From contig OY740783.1 in the NCBI GenBank assembly GCA_963514005.1, positions 6,138,001 to 6,202,000 of the forward strand: 64,000 nt of DNA. Reading direction: 5' to 3'. Made by a program: the position numbers and the translations under genes. Every line of letters starts with the position of its first letter. Position 1 is the stretch's first letter. The notes beneath the pieces were generated by a model, which was not told the DNA's origin, searched no databases, and worked only from the letters and a program-made list of their open reading frames with translations. Below, piece after piece: positions 62,428 through 64,000 of this stretch. The DNA is from Raja brachyura (taxonomy: Eukaryota).

Positions 62428-64000
62428 ATAACCATATAACCATATAACAATTACAGCACGGAAAATCCTTCTCGGCCCTTCCAGTCCGTGCCGACCATTT
62501 ATTTTCCCCTAGTCCCATCTACCTGCACTCAGACCATACCCCTCCATTCCCTTCCTGTCCATATACCTATCCACCTTACATTGAAATGTTAAAATCGATC
62601 CTGCCTCCACCACTTCTGCTGGAAGCTCATTCCACACAGCCACCACTCTCTGAGTAAAGAAGTACCCCCTCATGTTACCCCTAAACTTCTGTCCCTTAAT
62701 TCTCATGTCATGCCCTCTTGTTTGAAACTTCCCTACCCTCAATGGGAAAAGCTTATCCACGTCAACTCTATCTATCCCTTTCATCATTTTAAAGACCTCA
62801 ATCAAGTCCCCCCTTAACCTTCTGCGTTCCAAAGAATAAAGACCTAACTTGTTCAACCTTTCTATGTAACTTAGTTGCTGGAACCCAGGGAACATTCTAG
62901 TAAATCTCCTCTGTACTCTCTCTATTTTGTTGACATCCTTCCTATAATTAGGTGACCAACATTGTACACCATACTCCAGAATTGGTCTTACCAATGTCTT
63001 GTACAATTTTAACATTACTTCCCTACACCTATATTCAATGCTCTGATTTATAAAGGCCAGCACACCAAAAGTTTTCTTTACCACCCTATCTACATACAAT
63101 TACACCTTCAGGGAACTATGCACAGTTATTCCTAGATCCCTCTGTTCCACAGCATTCCTCAATTTCCTACCATATACCATGCAGTCCTATTTTGATTTGT
63201 CCTGCCACGATGTAGCACTTCACACTTATCAGCATTAAACTCCGTCTGCCATCTTTCAGCCCACTTCTCCAAATGGCCCAAATCTCTCTGCAGACTTTGA
63301 AAATCTACTTCATTATCCACAACACCACCTATCTTAATATCATCTGCATACTTACTTATCCAATTTTCCACCCCATAACCCAGATCATTGATGTACATGA
63401 CAAACAACAGTGGACCCAACACAGATTCCTGAGGCACCCCACTGGTCACCGGCTTCCAACCTGACAAACGTCCATCCACCATTACTCTCTGACATCTCCC
63501 ATTCAGCCACTGTTGAATCCTTCTTGCTACTCCGCCATTAACACACAAAGATTGAACCTTCTTAACCAACCTTCCATGGGGAACCTTGTCAAAGGCCTTA
63601 CTGAAATCCATATAGACAACATCCACTGCTTTACCCTCATCAATTTCCCTAGTGACCTCTTCAAAAAATTCAAGAAGGTTTGTCAAACATGACCTTCCAG
63701 GCACAAATCCATGTTGACTGTTCCTTATCAGACCCTGTTTATCCAGATGCTTATATATATTATCTCTAAGTATCCTTTCCATTAATTTGCCCACCACTGA
63801 CGTCAAACTAACAGGTCTATAATTGCTAGGTTTATTCTTTGAACCATTTTTATACAATGGAACAACATGCACAGTACGCCAATCCTCCGGCACTATTCTC
63901 GTTTCTAATGACATTTGAAATATTTCTGTCATAGCTCCTGCTATTTCTACACTAACTTCCCTCAATGTCCTAGAGAATATCCTGTCAGGACCTGGAGACT
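62428..64000 (-). mobile_element. CR1 ORF2 3' half, running off the window
   Basis: ORFs 62509-63099 and 63159-63965. Confidence 0.93.

Overview
Vertebrate genomic DNA from a cartilaginous fish, probably a skate or ray (inferred from the IgM sequence and the HE1/V-SINE and CR1 repertoire). The first ~13.5 kb holds the 3' end of an IgM heavy-chain cluster on the + strand: the Cmu4/secretory exon (1230-1621), TM1 (12017-12144, GC donor) and TM2 (12726-12734). Most of the rest is deeply nested retroelements: two full-length L1s with TSDs, many CR1s (one nearly intact full-length copy and a three-level nest that forms a 2.3-kb inverted repeat), a DIRS tyrosine-recombinase element, Rex1/Babar, HERO, Penelope, Gypsy, SINEs and a probable solo LTR. 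There is also an old inverted duplication whose arms were each broken by insertions, and an orphan, frameshifted GnRH-receptor exon 2 (55223-55429). The most novel-looking signal lies between ORF1 and ORF2 of the two divergent L1 families. Both share an indel-free reading frame rich in synonymous changes that ends just before the ORF2 ATG, plus a hairpin with a compensatory base pair, which suggests a third L1 ORF or an ORF2 translation element. All alignments and counts were done by eye, and most TE boundaries are approximate unless a TSD is given.
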